A DNA stretch of 63,394 bases, counting the filler, from Octopus bimaculoides (Eukaryota), in NCBI RefSeq assembly GCF_001194135.2. It is 4 parts of 4 records of this genome, joined end to end, with 100 filler letters (N's around TTAATTAATTAA, not from the genome) between each part and the next. Parts side by side here need not be neighbours in the genome. Positions count along the whole stretch, not along the records: positions 26,856 to 44,277 come from NC_069001.1; positions 44,378 to 59,692 come from NC_068982.1; 2 more parts are not named here. One strand, 5' to 3'. The notes under the pieces were generated by a model. The model saw nothing but the letters and a program-made list of their open reading frames with translations, ran no database searches and had not been told where the DNA came from. The position numbers were made by a program, and so were the translations under genes. How positions within the stretch are numbered: the stretch's first letter is position 1; every line of letters starts with the position of its first letter. Below are positions 39,958 to 51,359 of this stretch, in pieces.

Positions 39958-40368
39958 GATCTGGACAAAATGCTTAGCGGCATTTGTTCCATCTTTATGT
40001 TCTGAGCTCAAATCTCTCCGAGTTCTACTTTCCTTTCATCCTTCTGGGGTCCATAAAATAAGTAATACTAGAACACTGTGGTCGGGATATTTGACTTCAC
40101 CCCTCCACCGAAATGGCTGGCCTCGTATCTAAACTTAAAACCAACACGACTATGAAGATGAGGAGACAATCTTGACAGAATCGTTAACACAAATGCTGCT
40201 GAGCATTTCGCCCGTCTTGACATTCCGGGTTCAAATGCTGCCAAAGTCGACTTTTTTCTTTTTTTTTTCTTGCATATATATAAAATAAGTTCCAATTGAA
40301 GACTGGGGTTGATATACTTGACTCATCTCCACAAAATTACTGCCCTTCTGGCTAAAATCTGAAACCTA
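39958..40368 (+). mobile_element. two tandem degenerate SINE family A copies (39958-40143, 40172-40368)
   Basis: AAATGCTTAGCGGCATTT...TTCTGAGCTCAAAT...CTTTCATCCTT and GAATCGTTAAC...GGGTTCAAATGCTGCC..GTCGACTTT. Confidence 0.65.
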
Positions 40369-41009
40369 CGTAGGTGACTGTATTAATCTATCACCGTATA
40401 TTACAACCTATGCATTAATTCATTTCTCAATAACCGCATTTAATTTACAAACACATACTTGGTGTGTCGCCGCAGAGATATATATCTGCGTATGTATGTG
40501 TATAGGTCTCTCAATGAACGTATGTATATGTGTCTATACGCACATTCATACGTGTGTGTGTGTGTGTGTGTTTTACGTGAGTGTGAATGTGTGTATGAAT
40601 GTATATATTTACATTTAAGCTATAAGTGTATATGAGTATTTATGAATGTGTGTGTCTATTTCTGCTTACATGTACATGCGTATGCATAAATGTACATATG
40701 TATATACCCATTTATACTTGTGTGTGTTTCTCTATGTGTGCGTGCGGCTGTGCGTTTGAATGTATACACACATTCATTCATATACATACACACATTCATG
40801 CATATACTAACACAATGTTGACTTGCGTAGGCATATGAATAGAGATGTAAATATTTGAATGTGCTTCATGTTTGCATACTAATATATCGCTGCTATGTGA
40901 ATATATCTACGTACATAATTATCAATTTCTGTATGCCTACACACATAGACACAGAAATATATACGCGTGCATATATACACACATATAAATATATAAATAC
41001 ATATACATC

Positions 41010-41056
<47 letters not shown>

Positions 41057-41794
41057 TTATATTTATGTAATGTACTATAATATATAATATAACGTAACGT
41101 ATGTAAATTGCGGGTGACGATAGTTGCGAGGCGTTGTGTCAGGAGTAGGTGGCGCAGTAATCTAACACTTAATAGACACCGAACATACGCTATTCTCACT
41201 AGCATCTTTCTTCTACTTCATCTTCTATCTCGTTTGTCTCTCTAATGATTCTGTCATGGGTTTGTCAGTGAGCCTCTTGACATAGTGTAATGATACAATT
41301 AGCGTACTTCTCTGTAGGTTTCTTCGTATTATTTAGCGAATACTTCGCTAGCTTACGCAAATTACACTGTACAAAGGTTAGGCAGGTTTTAAGATAATTG
41401 ATATTTTGTAGATAATTGCTTTGATTAAAAGACAAATTGCTTCCCATGTGGAAATATATAGACCATAAAACCCACCTCGATAAATATTTGATGACTATAT
41501 TTTCAGATATGTGCGTCAATGTTCGTTTTACGCATTTACGTGTCTGTGGATGTATGTAATGTTTATATGTGTTTGTAAGAGTGTATATACATCTATGTAT
41601 GTATGTGTGTGTGTGTATGCATGTATATTCTGATATACAGACACGCACAAATTACGCACTTAGATACACTCAGACACACACATATATATGTATGATTACA
41701 CAGATATATGTAAATATATGTGCGCATTTGTATATATATATATATGTGTGTGTGTGTGTGCGTGTGTGTATTTATATATATATGTGTGTGTATG

Positions 41795-41890
<96 letters not shown>

Positions 41891-42075
41891 TATATATAGA
41901 GAGAGAGAGAAGAGAGAGAGAGAGGAGGGAGAATAGAGAGAGATAAACACGTATGTTTACAGAAAATATATGATTATAATAAATATGTGTATGTATCTAT
42001 CTATCTATACACACTCACACACACATATCTATGAAGTGAGTGAGAGTGAGAAAAGCTTTTATGTATATATGTTTC

Positions 42076-42108
<33 letters not shown>

Positions 42109-42613
42109 AAATGATTAAATAAATGACGTATATTCCCACCAATTATATAAAATAGACGAACACATTTAGAAGAAACATTGTAATTCGGAGGAGGGAGTAC
42201 TTAACCAGTCTATCAAGCTATCAATTGATTTATACCGCAACGTATTTAGAAGTGTAAGCGTCTCTGTGTGTGTGTCTATGTGTGTCTACGTGCATGTGAA
42301 TGCATGGCGTGTCGGTGTATGTGTGCGTTTCTGTTTTATGTGCATGTATTTCTGAATGTGAAAGTGTGTAGATGGGGAGGGGGGAAATAATGTAGAGTTA
42401 GATTGATGTCAAACCAGTTATATCAACATATACTTTTGCATTCTATCCATTCGGAGTTCGTTCTCTCTTACCTGGTAATTAAACCATACACTCAAGCACT
42501 TAGCTGCACAATAATACTTTTATATAGATATGTGTGTTCTTTCTGTGTTACCTCTCTCTCTCTTTCCCTCCCCATGTCACACATAGGTCTACGTTAATGA
42601 ATTTGTCTCTCTC

Positions 42614-42659
<46 letters not shown>

Positions 42660-43485
42660 NNNNNNNNNNNNNNNNNNNNNNNNNNNNNNNNNNNNNNNNN
42701 NNNNNNNNNNNNNNNNNNNNNNNNNNNNNNNNNNNNNNNNNNNNNNNNNNNNNNNNNNNNNNNNNNNNNNNNNNNNNNNNNNNNNNNNNNNNNNNNNNNN
42801 NNNNNNNNNNNNNNNNNNNNNNNNNNNNNNNNNNNNNNNNNNNNNNNNNNNNNNNNNNNNNNNNNNNNNNNNNNNNNNNNNNNNNNNNNNNNNNNNNNNN
42901 NNNNNNNNNNNNNNNNNNNNNNNNNNNNNNNNNNNNNNNNNNNNNNNNNNNNNNNNNNNNNNNNNNNNNNNNNNNNNNNNNNNNNNNNNNNNNNNNNNNN
43001 NNNNNNNNNNNNNNNNNNNNNNNNNNNNNNNNNNNNNNNNNNNNNNNNNNNNNNNNNNNNNNNNNNNNNNNNNNNNNNNNNNNNNNNNNNNNNNNNNNNN
43101 NNNNNNNNNNNNNNNNNNNNNNNNNNNNNNNNNNNNNNNNNNNNNNNNNNNNNNNNNNNNNNNNNNNNNNNNNNNNNNNNNNNNNNNNNNNNNNNNNNNN
43201 NNNNNNNNNNNNNNNNNNNNNNNNNNNNNNNNNNNNNNNNNNNNNNNNNNNNNNNNNNNNNNNNNNNNNNNNNNNNNNNNNNNNNNNNNNNNNNNNNNNN
43301 NNNNNNNNNNNNNNNNNNNNNNNNNNNNNNNNNNNNNNNNNNNNNNNNNNNNNNNNNNNNNNNNNNNNNNNNNNNNNNNNNNNNNNNNNNNNNNNNNNNN
43401 NNNNNNNNNNNNNNNNNNNNNNNNNNNNNNNNNNNNNNNNNNNNNNNNNNNNNNNNNNNNNNNNNNNNNNNNNNNNNNNNNNNNN

Positions 43486-43836
43486 GAATTAACATTGCTT
43501 GTTTTCACCTTTTCAATATCAGTGAAGAATGTCACTGGAAAAGAAGATATAAGGTTTGCCAGATTTGTCTCTCTCACCAAGGTCATCAGCTGTCGAACGC
43601 CGACGAAGGGAAATAACCCTGAAATCCGGATACGTTCGTGCTGCTGGTCGAGGTGAGAGGGATAACTCCCTTGGCAAACAGGACACAGTCGTGTGTCGAT
43701 AAGCCAGCTGGAGGAGATGTCCTCCTGGGGCTAAAAGCAACAGTAACATCCACCCCTAGGGGTCAGCCACACTTAAGTGGCAATATACTACACTTTATCG
43801 TGCAGTTACTGTTAATACTTCATATAGAGAATTAAC

Positions 43837-43838
<2 letters not shown>
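43486..43838 (+). mobile_element. ~340-bp structured hammerhead-containing unit (retrozyme/PLE terminal-repeat-like)
   Basis: GAATTAACAT at both ends (43486-43495, 43829-43838); multiple nested inverted repeats; hammerhead at the apex. Confidence 0.55.
43594..43638 (+). ncRNA. type I hammerhead ribozyme motif (U4C core variant, palindromic helix III)
   Basis: CGAACG-CCGACGA-AGGG(AAATAA)CCCT-GAAA-TCCGGA-TA-CGTTCG: 6-bp helix I, 4-bp helix II, GAAA, ATCCGGAT palindrome, AUA cleavage triplet. Confidence 0.75.
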
Positions 43839-43872
<34 letters not shown>

Positions 43873-43873
43873 A

Positions 43874-44277
43874 TTTTACTCTTTTATTTTTTTCAGTCAT
43901 TTGACTACGGCCATGCTGGAGCACTGCCTTTTGTCGAGCAAATCGACCCCTGGACTTTATAAGCCTAGTACTTATTCTATTTCCCTCTTTTGCCGAACCG
44001 CTAAGTTACGTGGACGTAAACACACCAGCATCGGTTGTCAAGCGATGCTGGGGAGGACAAACACAGACTCACAAACATACACACACATACATGCATATAT
44101 ATATACATATATACGACGGGCTTCTTTCAGTTTCCGTCTACCAAATTCATTCACAAGGCTTTGGTCGGCCCGAGGCTATAGTAAAAGATACTTACCCAAG
44201 TTGCCACGCAGTTGGACTGAACCCACAACCATGTGGTTGATAAACAAGGTACTTACCACACAGCCACTCCTGCGCCT
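43874..44277 (-). mobile_element. full-length tRNA-derived SINE family B
   Basis: Minus strand AGGCGCAGGAGTGGCTGTGTGGTAAG (A box)...GGTTCAGTCC (B box)...GCATGGCCGTAGTCAAATGACTGAAA tail. Confidence 0.85.
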
Positions 44278-44377
44278 NNNNNNNNNNNNNNNNNNNNNNN
44301 NNNNNNNNNNNNNNNNNNNNNTTAATTAATTAANNNNNNNNNNNNNNNNNNNNNNNNNNNNNNNNNNNNNNNNNNNN
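44278..44377. other. artificial scaffold spacer
   Basis: N44-TTAATTAATTAA-N44. Confidence 0.9.
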
Positions 44378-44735
44378 TGGTCATCATCTGTAGTGGATGG
44401 TCTGCCTGATCTCTCTTTATCAATAAGGCTACAATCTCCAGCTCGGAACCTTGCGAACCACTTCCGTACAGTTCTTTCGGATAAAGAAACATCACCGTAA
44501 AAAGCGCATATTTCTTTGGTTGCTTGTGAGGCATTTACGGAAAAAGAAAAGCATCAAGTGCCGAAAATGAACTTTCTTATCTTCCATTTTAAAGGGTCAC
44601 AGAATTAACACAGGTTATAGGAACATAAACCTTCTTCCACAAAAAGATAGCTTAAACTGTGCTCTAAATGGAGGTGTAGTCAAATCCTATTTTATGGACT
44701 CAACCATGTTCTAAAATAAGTCGAAAGGTAAGCTA
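44378..44735 (-). mobile_element. mariner 5' fragment (transposase N-terminus)
   Basis: ATG at 44587: MEDKKVHFRHLML...YGDVSLSERTVRKWFARFRAGDCSL.DKERSGRPSTTDD. Confidence 0.88.
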
Positions 44736-44759
44736 CTATATCATGACATACTCATATAT

Positions 44760-45720
44760 ATTTTAAATGATAAGCTTCTGGAAAGTTTTACAGATTTCTA
44801 CAGTTCCACTGATGGATCTGTAGTCTTCGAGTTAGCTTTCTACTTTCTGGTTTTGAGAAGCCTAATTTCTCAAGATTGGTATTTAGGCAGTGTGTTACAT
44901 ATCCCAGGGCCTACCTAAAAAAATTACAGGTATAAACCTGAACTTGTAACCTGGGTAGAGTAACTTCAGATTTCTCAATAGTTCAGCATAGGTGTTCTCT
45001 TTTTCACTGATCTTCAGCTTTATGTTAACATCCGCTGGGGAGCTAATTTCCACAACTGTGCACAGTTTCTCTTCTCTATCCCAAGTCATTATATCAGGTC
45101 TGTTGTGCGTTCATTTTATTAAGGTTTTCACTGGTACATTCCACCAATATTCCTTTTTATTGTGACTGGCTGTGGCTTCTACCATATTGTGGGTTCTTAT
45201 TTCTTTGTCCTCGGGTGTATCCTTCTGACGGATTTCATTAAAGAGTGTCCTAGCTACAACGTAATGTCTTATCGATAGATACCGTGATGACATTTTCGGA
45301 CAACTGCTTATGATGTGGGTGATATCTTCAGTATGAACTCTACAAAGTCTGCATCGGTTGTCACATTTTACGGCTTTTCCTGCATCTCTATCCCTTTTGT
45401 GCATCAGGTACTTAATTGATATTTTCTGTTCCTGGATTACAAATGCATACCTTTCAAAGTGGGAGGTAGTAATCCGGCTATTGGTCCATGATAAACTGCT
45501 TTGATAATCGATGTTACTATCATCACGGGGCTTTTTAATAACATATCCATGCATAGTCTTCTGCTCATATAGGCTCATCCTTTCATCTGATGATACGCTG
45601 CGGTAGAGTCGTACGACTTCTCGGCTATGTATTCTAGGTTATCAGACAAAGAGTGTTGCTCAAGGAGCTGCCTTCCAAGTCTTATGATGTCATCAGCCTC
45701 ATGTATGCACTTCGACACTT
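44760..45720 (-). mobile_element. 3' part of an RLE-type (R4/NeSL-like) LINE, a third subfamily
   Basis: MHGY, CRLCRVHTEDITHIISSC (CCHC), RHYVVA, EYWWNVP, DREEKLCTVVEISSPAD...EKENTY (PD-(D/E)xK region). Confidence 0.85.
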
Positions 45721-46049
45721 TTATGTATGCATGTATGTATGTATGTATGTATGTATACACGCATACGCACACACACAATCGTTAATTCACACCAAAAAGA
45801 ACCCTCGATCGATCAACACTATTTACAAGGCTCTATGCTAGGAATGACCATCGGAACTCACACACCAAGTACAAGAAAATTTCTTCACCCCAAAAAAATT
45901 TTTCACCATTTATATACGCCATTCTACTTGAATAATGGAACTGCAAATACAATATCCTTATGTATCGCACTTCTATATTCATTCTCTTATTTCCATTTGT
46001 ATTTCATATCTTTTCTACAATAAATAATACTCAAACATTTTCTCGCAGC

Positions 46050-46097
46050 GTCTTTGATGAAGGGTTATATAAAATATCCCAGAAACAGCTGTAAGAT
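46050..46097 (+). ncRNA. degenerate minimal type I hammerhead motif
   Basis: GTCT-TTGATGA-AGGG...CCCA-GAAA-CAGCTG-TA-AGAT; C3U change and an A-A mismatch at the base of helix II. Confidence 0.5.
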
Positions 46098-47839
46098 TTT
46101 TTCTTGATAAATATTTTGAAATCTATTTACTGCCTTGGTTTTTTTTATTTCATTCTGTCAATTTATATATATGCATGCTAATACATGACCCACGTTGTAC
46201 TCCTCACTCGTATCATTATCGAACGTGGAGCTTAACCATGGTCTATCCATAGCACTTACTTAGCGTCTACCCGATACATTTTGGGTCTTCCTAAGACCAA
46301 TACCTTTCATACCCTATATATATGGGAGAATATACAAATAATAACAACAGACGAGGACAGGTGGTGTAAATAACAAAAGGATATATATATATATATATAT
46401 ATATATANNNNNNNNNNNNNNNNNNNNNNNNNNNNNNNNNNNNNTATATATATTAAAATTATGAAAAATATCATACAATATTAAGTCTTGATTTTATTGA
46501 AATTATCTTGACTTGGAGAAAAGTTAAACAAACATACAATGATAGTTGCAGGAGATTTTGAATGAAAAGGGGAGGTAATTTCAAGAATTACGAATTCTCC
46601 AGAACACGTACCATTAAAGAAAATGGTTGTTGCTTTTTTTCTGGAGGTAAAAGCTGCTTGTATAGGTTTCCGCCTTGACTCGAGCATATATAAATAAATT
46701 GACTAGTTCGAGACTAACTCTACAAGTGAGGAAATGCCATCAGCAGATCCTGCCGAGATACGAGTTAGCATTGCTGACTTGTGCAGTTTTTAAATGAAAC
46801 GCATCTAGCTATCAGCCGACTCCATCGAGATGATTTTCCGATCATCTTACTTTTGCCAGAAGGAGACAGAATGGTTTTCTCTATCGGATGGTTATGAGGT
46901 TAAAAGGTTGTGTGTTATACACAGTTGAAAGAGTGAAGGTAATGAATTCTCTGTTCAATTAAACTTTCATCCATTTTTTAATTCACTTTTACTTTATAAT
47001 GTCCACCTACGCAAATTATCTTTGTTATAAACATTGTTCTATGCATCTGAAATTTGTTAAGTGAAGAACAACGACCTTTGCAAATTTCGTTTTTATAGGG
47101 TTAGAATTTTTCTACTAAGAAAATATAGCAGAGTATATGAACAAGTGCCAGTGAAGTTGAAGCACGAAAAACTATCTTAAGCCAGCCTTCGCGAAGTCTT
47201 GAATGAAAAGAAGTATTGCCAAAATCAATATAGCCTTCCAGCTAATTTATATAGAGATTATTTTTTGTCGACACGGAACATCATTAGTTTTCTCGGATTC
47301 TACTGTTTTATTAAGCAGCTAATTAGTTTGTTTTATAAATAGTTAATTTTGATTCCTAATGGGATTTACTATTTATTTTACTTTATCAATTAACCCTCCC
47401 GACCTGAATTATTTCTTTATACATACAAAAATATACAGGTTATATTCAGAATTTCTGAAAAATTACCATTTCGTGATTAAATTATGTAAGTTTTTATGCG
47501 ACATATCAAACTGCAAGTGAATGACTTGTTACGAATCTTAATTATAGATGGATAGGTTCAACATGCCTAAAATATTCAGTAAATATTTCGTTCTGATAAA
47601 AAATCATATGACATTCTGAGTGTTCCTGTCGCGTGTATCGGGACATGGACCTATTATCCATCTGTCTGTTCTAAACTACTCTTATATCAGATATTTATGA
47701 GTTTGTATAGGATATAGATTTGCACAGGTTAAAATCTTTAACTTGAGAAGTTAATACTTTGAAAACTCGAATATATGCTAAGAAAATATTTCAAAAGTGT
47801 TTAAGATTATTAAACAATGTATTCTCAACGATAGCAAAC

Positions 47840-50430
47840 AATAAACGATGCTAAATTAAATTTTTTTCAAACAAAATGGATAAATCCTAATAGTTCTTAT
47901 TCATCAGTTTCTGAGTCAAACCGTACTGCACAATTCTAAGTACAACGAGAGACTTCTAGTTACAGTTGTTTCGACTTCATTGTCCCTATCACCGTCAGCT
48001 CAATCAACCAACGAAACAGGCGCCAAATTTGCGCTATTTCTCGTCTAAATCAACCGATGAATTTTGATTTTCACAGGTGGGTATTTGGCAAGCCAAAACG
48101 TTCTATTCGATCAATTTGGTTCACTTATTTCTTCATGACTAAACCCACGGCTGTGCATATTGTTATTTTCAGTACAAAGTATTGTAAAAATTCAAAACAA
48201 CAGTATGTTATAAAGAAAGTGCGTTTTTAACAGAATGATTTCGTAATTTTAAAAAAGTACTTTTCAACTCTTTATGGAATATCGATTACCTGAATGTCAC
48301 CACGTTTCTATCGAATTGGGTTTTCTGATTCTTAAATGTAATAACACTAGAGAATTATAGGATGAAACTTCAAAAAATATATACGCAAACATATCACAAA
48401 TGCTTAACATAACAGTTACTAAGTGTTCGTACTTCCTTTGTCGACAAAGAATATCCATGCAAGATGTTGAAGAATTATTTAGTTCGTTTAACTTAGTATG
48501 ATTGAAAGAGATGGATAGTTTTGATCTTCTAGGGTGATTAGAGAAAACTGGTACTGACAAATACTTCAACCATTACATACAAAATTTATTCTGTTCTATA
48601 ATGGCCGACTTTGTTATGAGAGATTTACTTGGTGAAGTAGAGACAGACGTATTTTCGATTATTACATATGAATATATTCCTAAGAATTCATCAAAGAACA
48701 ACTTACATTAAGTATTCGTTCCATTAACAAACTCTTTGGGTTTCTGGATTTTTATTAGTTGACAGATAAAATCTTCAACATTATTTTCAGTTATCACAGA
48801 CGTACTCACACGACTGCAATTACATTTATCCAACTATGGAAAAGTATACTTTGACTCAAAAAGATATGGAGTAGCCAAGCATTTGGTAGAACTACAATCA
48901 AGGGTTTTAACAATAAATTGTCAAACGTATTCTTTAAGTTTGGGTATGAAGGAAATAAATGCAATGTAAGATACATTATCTTATGCATAACAACACGATC
49001 GTTATTCTCATCAAGTATTCACTAAAGAGGAAAATTCCATTTGGTGAGATAAAATAAATAGATAAAAGAATAGAAATGGTGCTTAGCCGTACCTTAAGTT
49101 TGTGTACTATAAGATGTACAGTAGATGCTATTTACTTCCGACGAAATCATAATAATTATGCAGTCCTATTCGTGTGTGGCAAGAATATCTAGGCACAAAT
49201 GGATGCTGATATTCAGGGCTGTATGTTGAGTGCCAAGCTCAACATGCAACAATTTCTCGTTTGGCTAAATCTCGACTTGGTCAGGTACTTACAAATAATG
49301 TACCTAAGTCATTACAAACAGTTAAAACAGTAATAGATGAAATTGTTAAACAAGACTTAAAAAATTCGAGATAGATAAATTCAGTGTTGTCTTAAGGCAC
49401 AAACACACTGGGCAGTTGCTCGGGAGCCTCACGGATCTAGAGCGCCAATTCTGATCTATGTATATCGTGACTTGCCGTTGATAAATACACTATAAGGTGG
49501 CGAGCTGATAGAATTGTTACTGCGTCAGACAAAATGTTTTACGGTATTTCTTCCGATTTTACGTTTTGAATTCAAATACCGTCGCGGTCGACTTTGCCTT
49601 TCATCCTTTCGAGGATTGATAAGTATCAGTTGAGCACTGGGGTCAATGTAATCGACTTACCCTCTACCTCGAAATTTCTGGCCTTGTGTCAAAATTTGAA
49701 ACCAATAAATAGACACTAGAGGGACCAGTGTATTAATTTTCCCGGGAGTTTATAATACTGCTAAGACAGTCCTAAGTAAATTCATTTGGTACTATCAATA
49801 ATGATACAGTGCAGAAGGCAGAGATACAATCATTTTCTCTCAGAACCTGTATTACTAGGGAAACGAAAGTTCCATAGAAATTTGAAATGTAAATTGGGGA
49901 AGTTACATTTCTGTTGAGAGCTGGAGACCAATACAGACATGTATGCGTATTTTGAGGTCATTGATACAATAGACTCTCCTGTTTACAAAATACTTTGTTC
50001 AAGAATGCTAAAAGATATATTCCAGACTGAAGACATGGCTTCAAAAACAGAGATCACTCCCTCAAAAATCAATGTTATTAAGGATGGCATTGATATTACC
50101 AACAAAATATATGCCGGCAGTATTCCTGGTTTTTGAAGTTTCTATGAGAAAGACCTGTTATTGTTCTTTTTGTTGTTTTTTCTTGTTTTCGTCTTTCTTT
50201 TTTGTTTTTGTTTTGTTTGTTTTTGTTTTGTTTTGTTTTTATTTGTTTTGCTTTTTGCTTTTTGACACAGATGACTATCTGAAAAGCTGACTGGAAGCAT
50301 CTGAATTCAGAGAACTGCAAACTTTGTCAACTTTTATTGGTTATACCCATCACATGTGCAACTGTTGAACAAACATTTTCTTTAGCAAAGGAATCTTAGA
50401 TATATTTTCAGTCAAGAAAGATAAGAAACT
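47840..50430 (+). pseudogene. decayed intronless ORF of unknown family, interrupted by a SINE and a (TTTTG)n tract
   Basis: Frame +1 is coding-like at 48361-49371 and 49780-50160 (G-rich first and A/T-rich third codon positions by manual count; fewer stops than expected for this AT content). No family recognised. Confidence 0.5.
49494..49706 (+). mobile_element. SINE family A
   Basis: AAGGTGGCGAGCTG...GTCGACTTTGCCTTTCATCCTTTCG...GGCCTTGTGTCAAAATTTGAAACCAAT; flanked by similar AAATA(G)ACACTA sequences. Confidence 0.85.
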
Positions 50431-50431
50431 G

Positions 50432-50628
50432 TCTCAAATTTTGGCACAGGGCCGGCAATTTCGCGGGGAATATTGTCATTGATACCAGTACACAACTAGT
50501 ACTTTATTTTATCCACTCCGAAAGAATGAAAGCGGAAGTTAACCTCGGCGGATTTTGATCATAGAACGTAAAGAGCCAGAAGGAACGCCACGAAGCCTTT
50601 TGCTCGACTCGCTTACGATTTTGCCAGC
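50432..50628 (-). mobile_element. SINE family A
   Basis: Reverse-complement match to 51129-51345. Confidence 0.75.
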
Positions 50629-50910
50629 AAAAAAAAAAAATCCCAGCTAGACTTTTTCATCACGAAGAAAAAGACAAATCAAATAAATCTGACTGCAGAT
50701 ACTACTAGATTTCCTTCTTGTAAAATAATATATGTACAAGAATTTCGTTAATCTTTCGCTTTTTTTATGGTAAACTGAGTTAAAAAATAAAGTTGCATAA
50801 TTACAATTGTGTTTTACTCTTGAGACGTCATCGTAGAACTGACAGGTTATTTGTAGCAGAGAAATTATGTCTTTTTCCGTACCTATTGTTACGGTCGATT
50901 CTTCTTTTAA

Positions 50911-51097
50911 TATTGGTTTCAAATTTTGGCACAAAGCCAACAATTTCGGGGAAGGGATTAAGTCGATTACATCGATTTCCGTGCTCAATTAGTACTTAAT
51001 TCATCGACCCGAAAGGATGAAAGGCAAAGCTGACCTCGGTAGAGTTTGAACTCAGAACGTAAAGACGGACGAAATGCTGCTAGGCATTTTGTCCGGC
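50911..51097 (-). mobile_element. SINE family A
   Basis: TATTGGTTTCAAATTTTGGCAC...CGAAAGGATGAAAGGCAAAG..GACCTCGG..GTTTGAACTCAGAACG. Confidence 0.85.
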
Positions 51098-51128
51098 AAT
51101 TCTTTTAATATTAAATCATATTTTTTTT

Positions 51129-51345
51129 AAGGCGAGGCTGGTAGAATCGTTAGCACGCCGGGCAAAATGCTTAGCGGCATTTCGTCTGTCTGCACGTTTT
51201 GGGTTCAAATTCCGCCGAAGTCGACTTCGCCTTCCATCCTTTCGGGGGTCGATAAATTAACTACCAGTCGAACATTGGGGCCGATGTAATCGGCTAGCAG
51301 CCTTCCACAAAATTGCTGGCCTTGTGCCAAAATTTGAAACCAATA
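51129..51345 (+). mobile_element. SINE family A (best preserved copy)
   Basis: tRNA-like head GCTGGTAGAATCGTTAGC...GGGTTCAAATTCC, core GTCGACTTCGCCTTCCATCCTTTCGGGGGTCGATAAATTAA. Confidence 0.9.
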
Positions 51346-51359
51346 TCAATTTGTATTTT

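Noticed and set aside
47950-47999. Minus-strand CTGACGG...GTC-GAAA-CAACTG-TA resembling a hammerhead
   Set aside because: Helix I cannot pair, the core is wrong at position 9, and the segment lies within the coding-like fossil ORF on the other strand.
48791-48965. Apparent single exon (TTTTCAG|...|GTAAG)
   Set aside because: The same frame is coding-like on both sides, so a continuous decayed ORF explains it better; a spliced pseudogene is not fully excluded.
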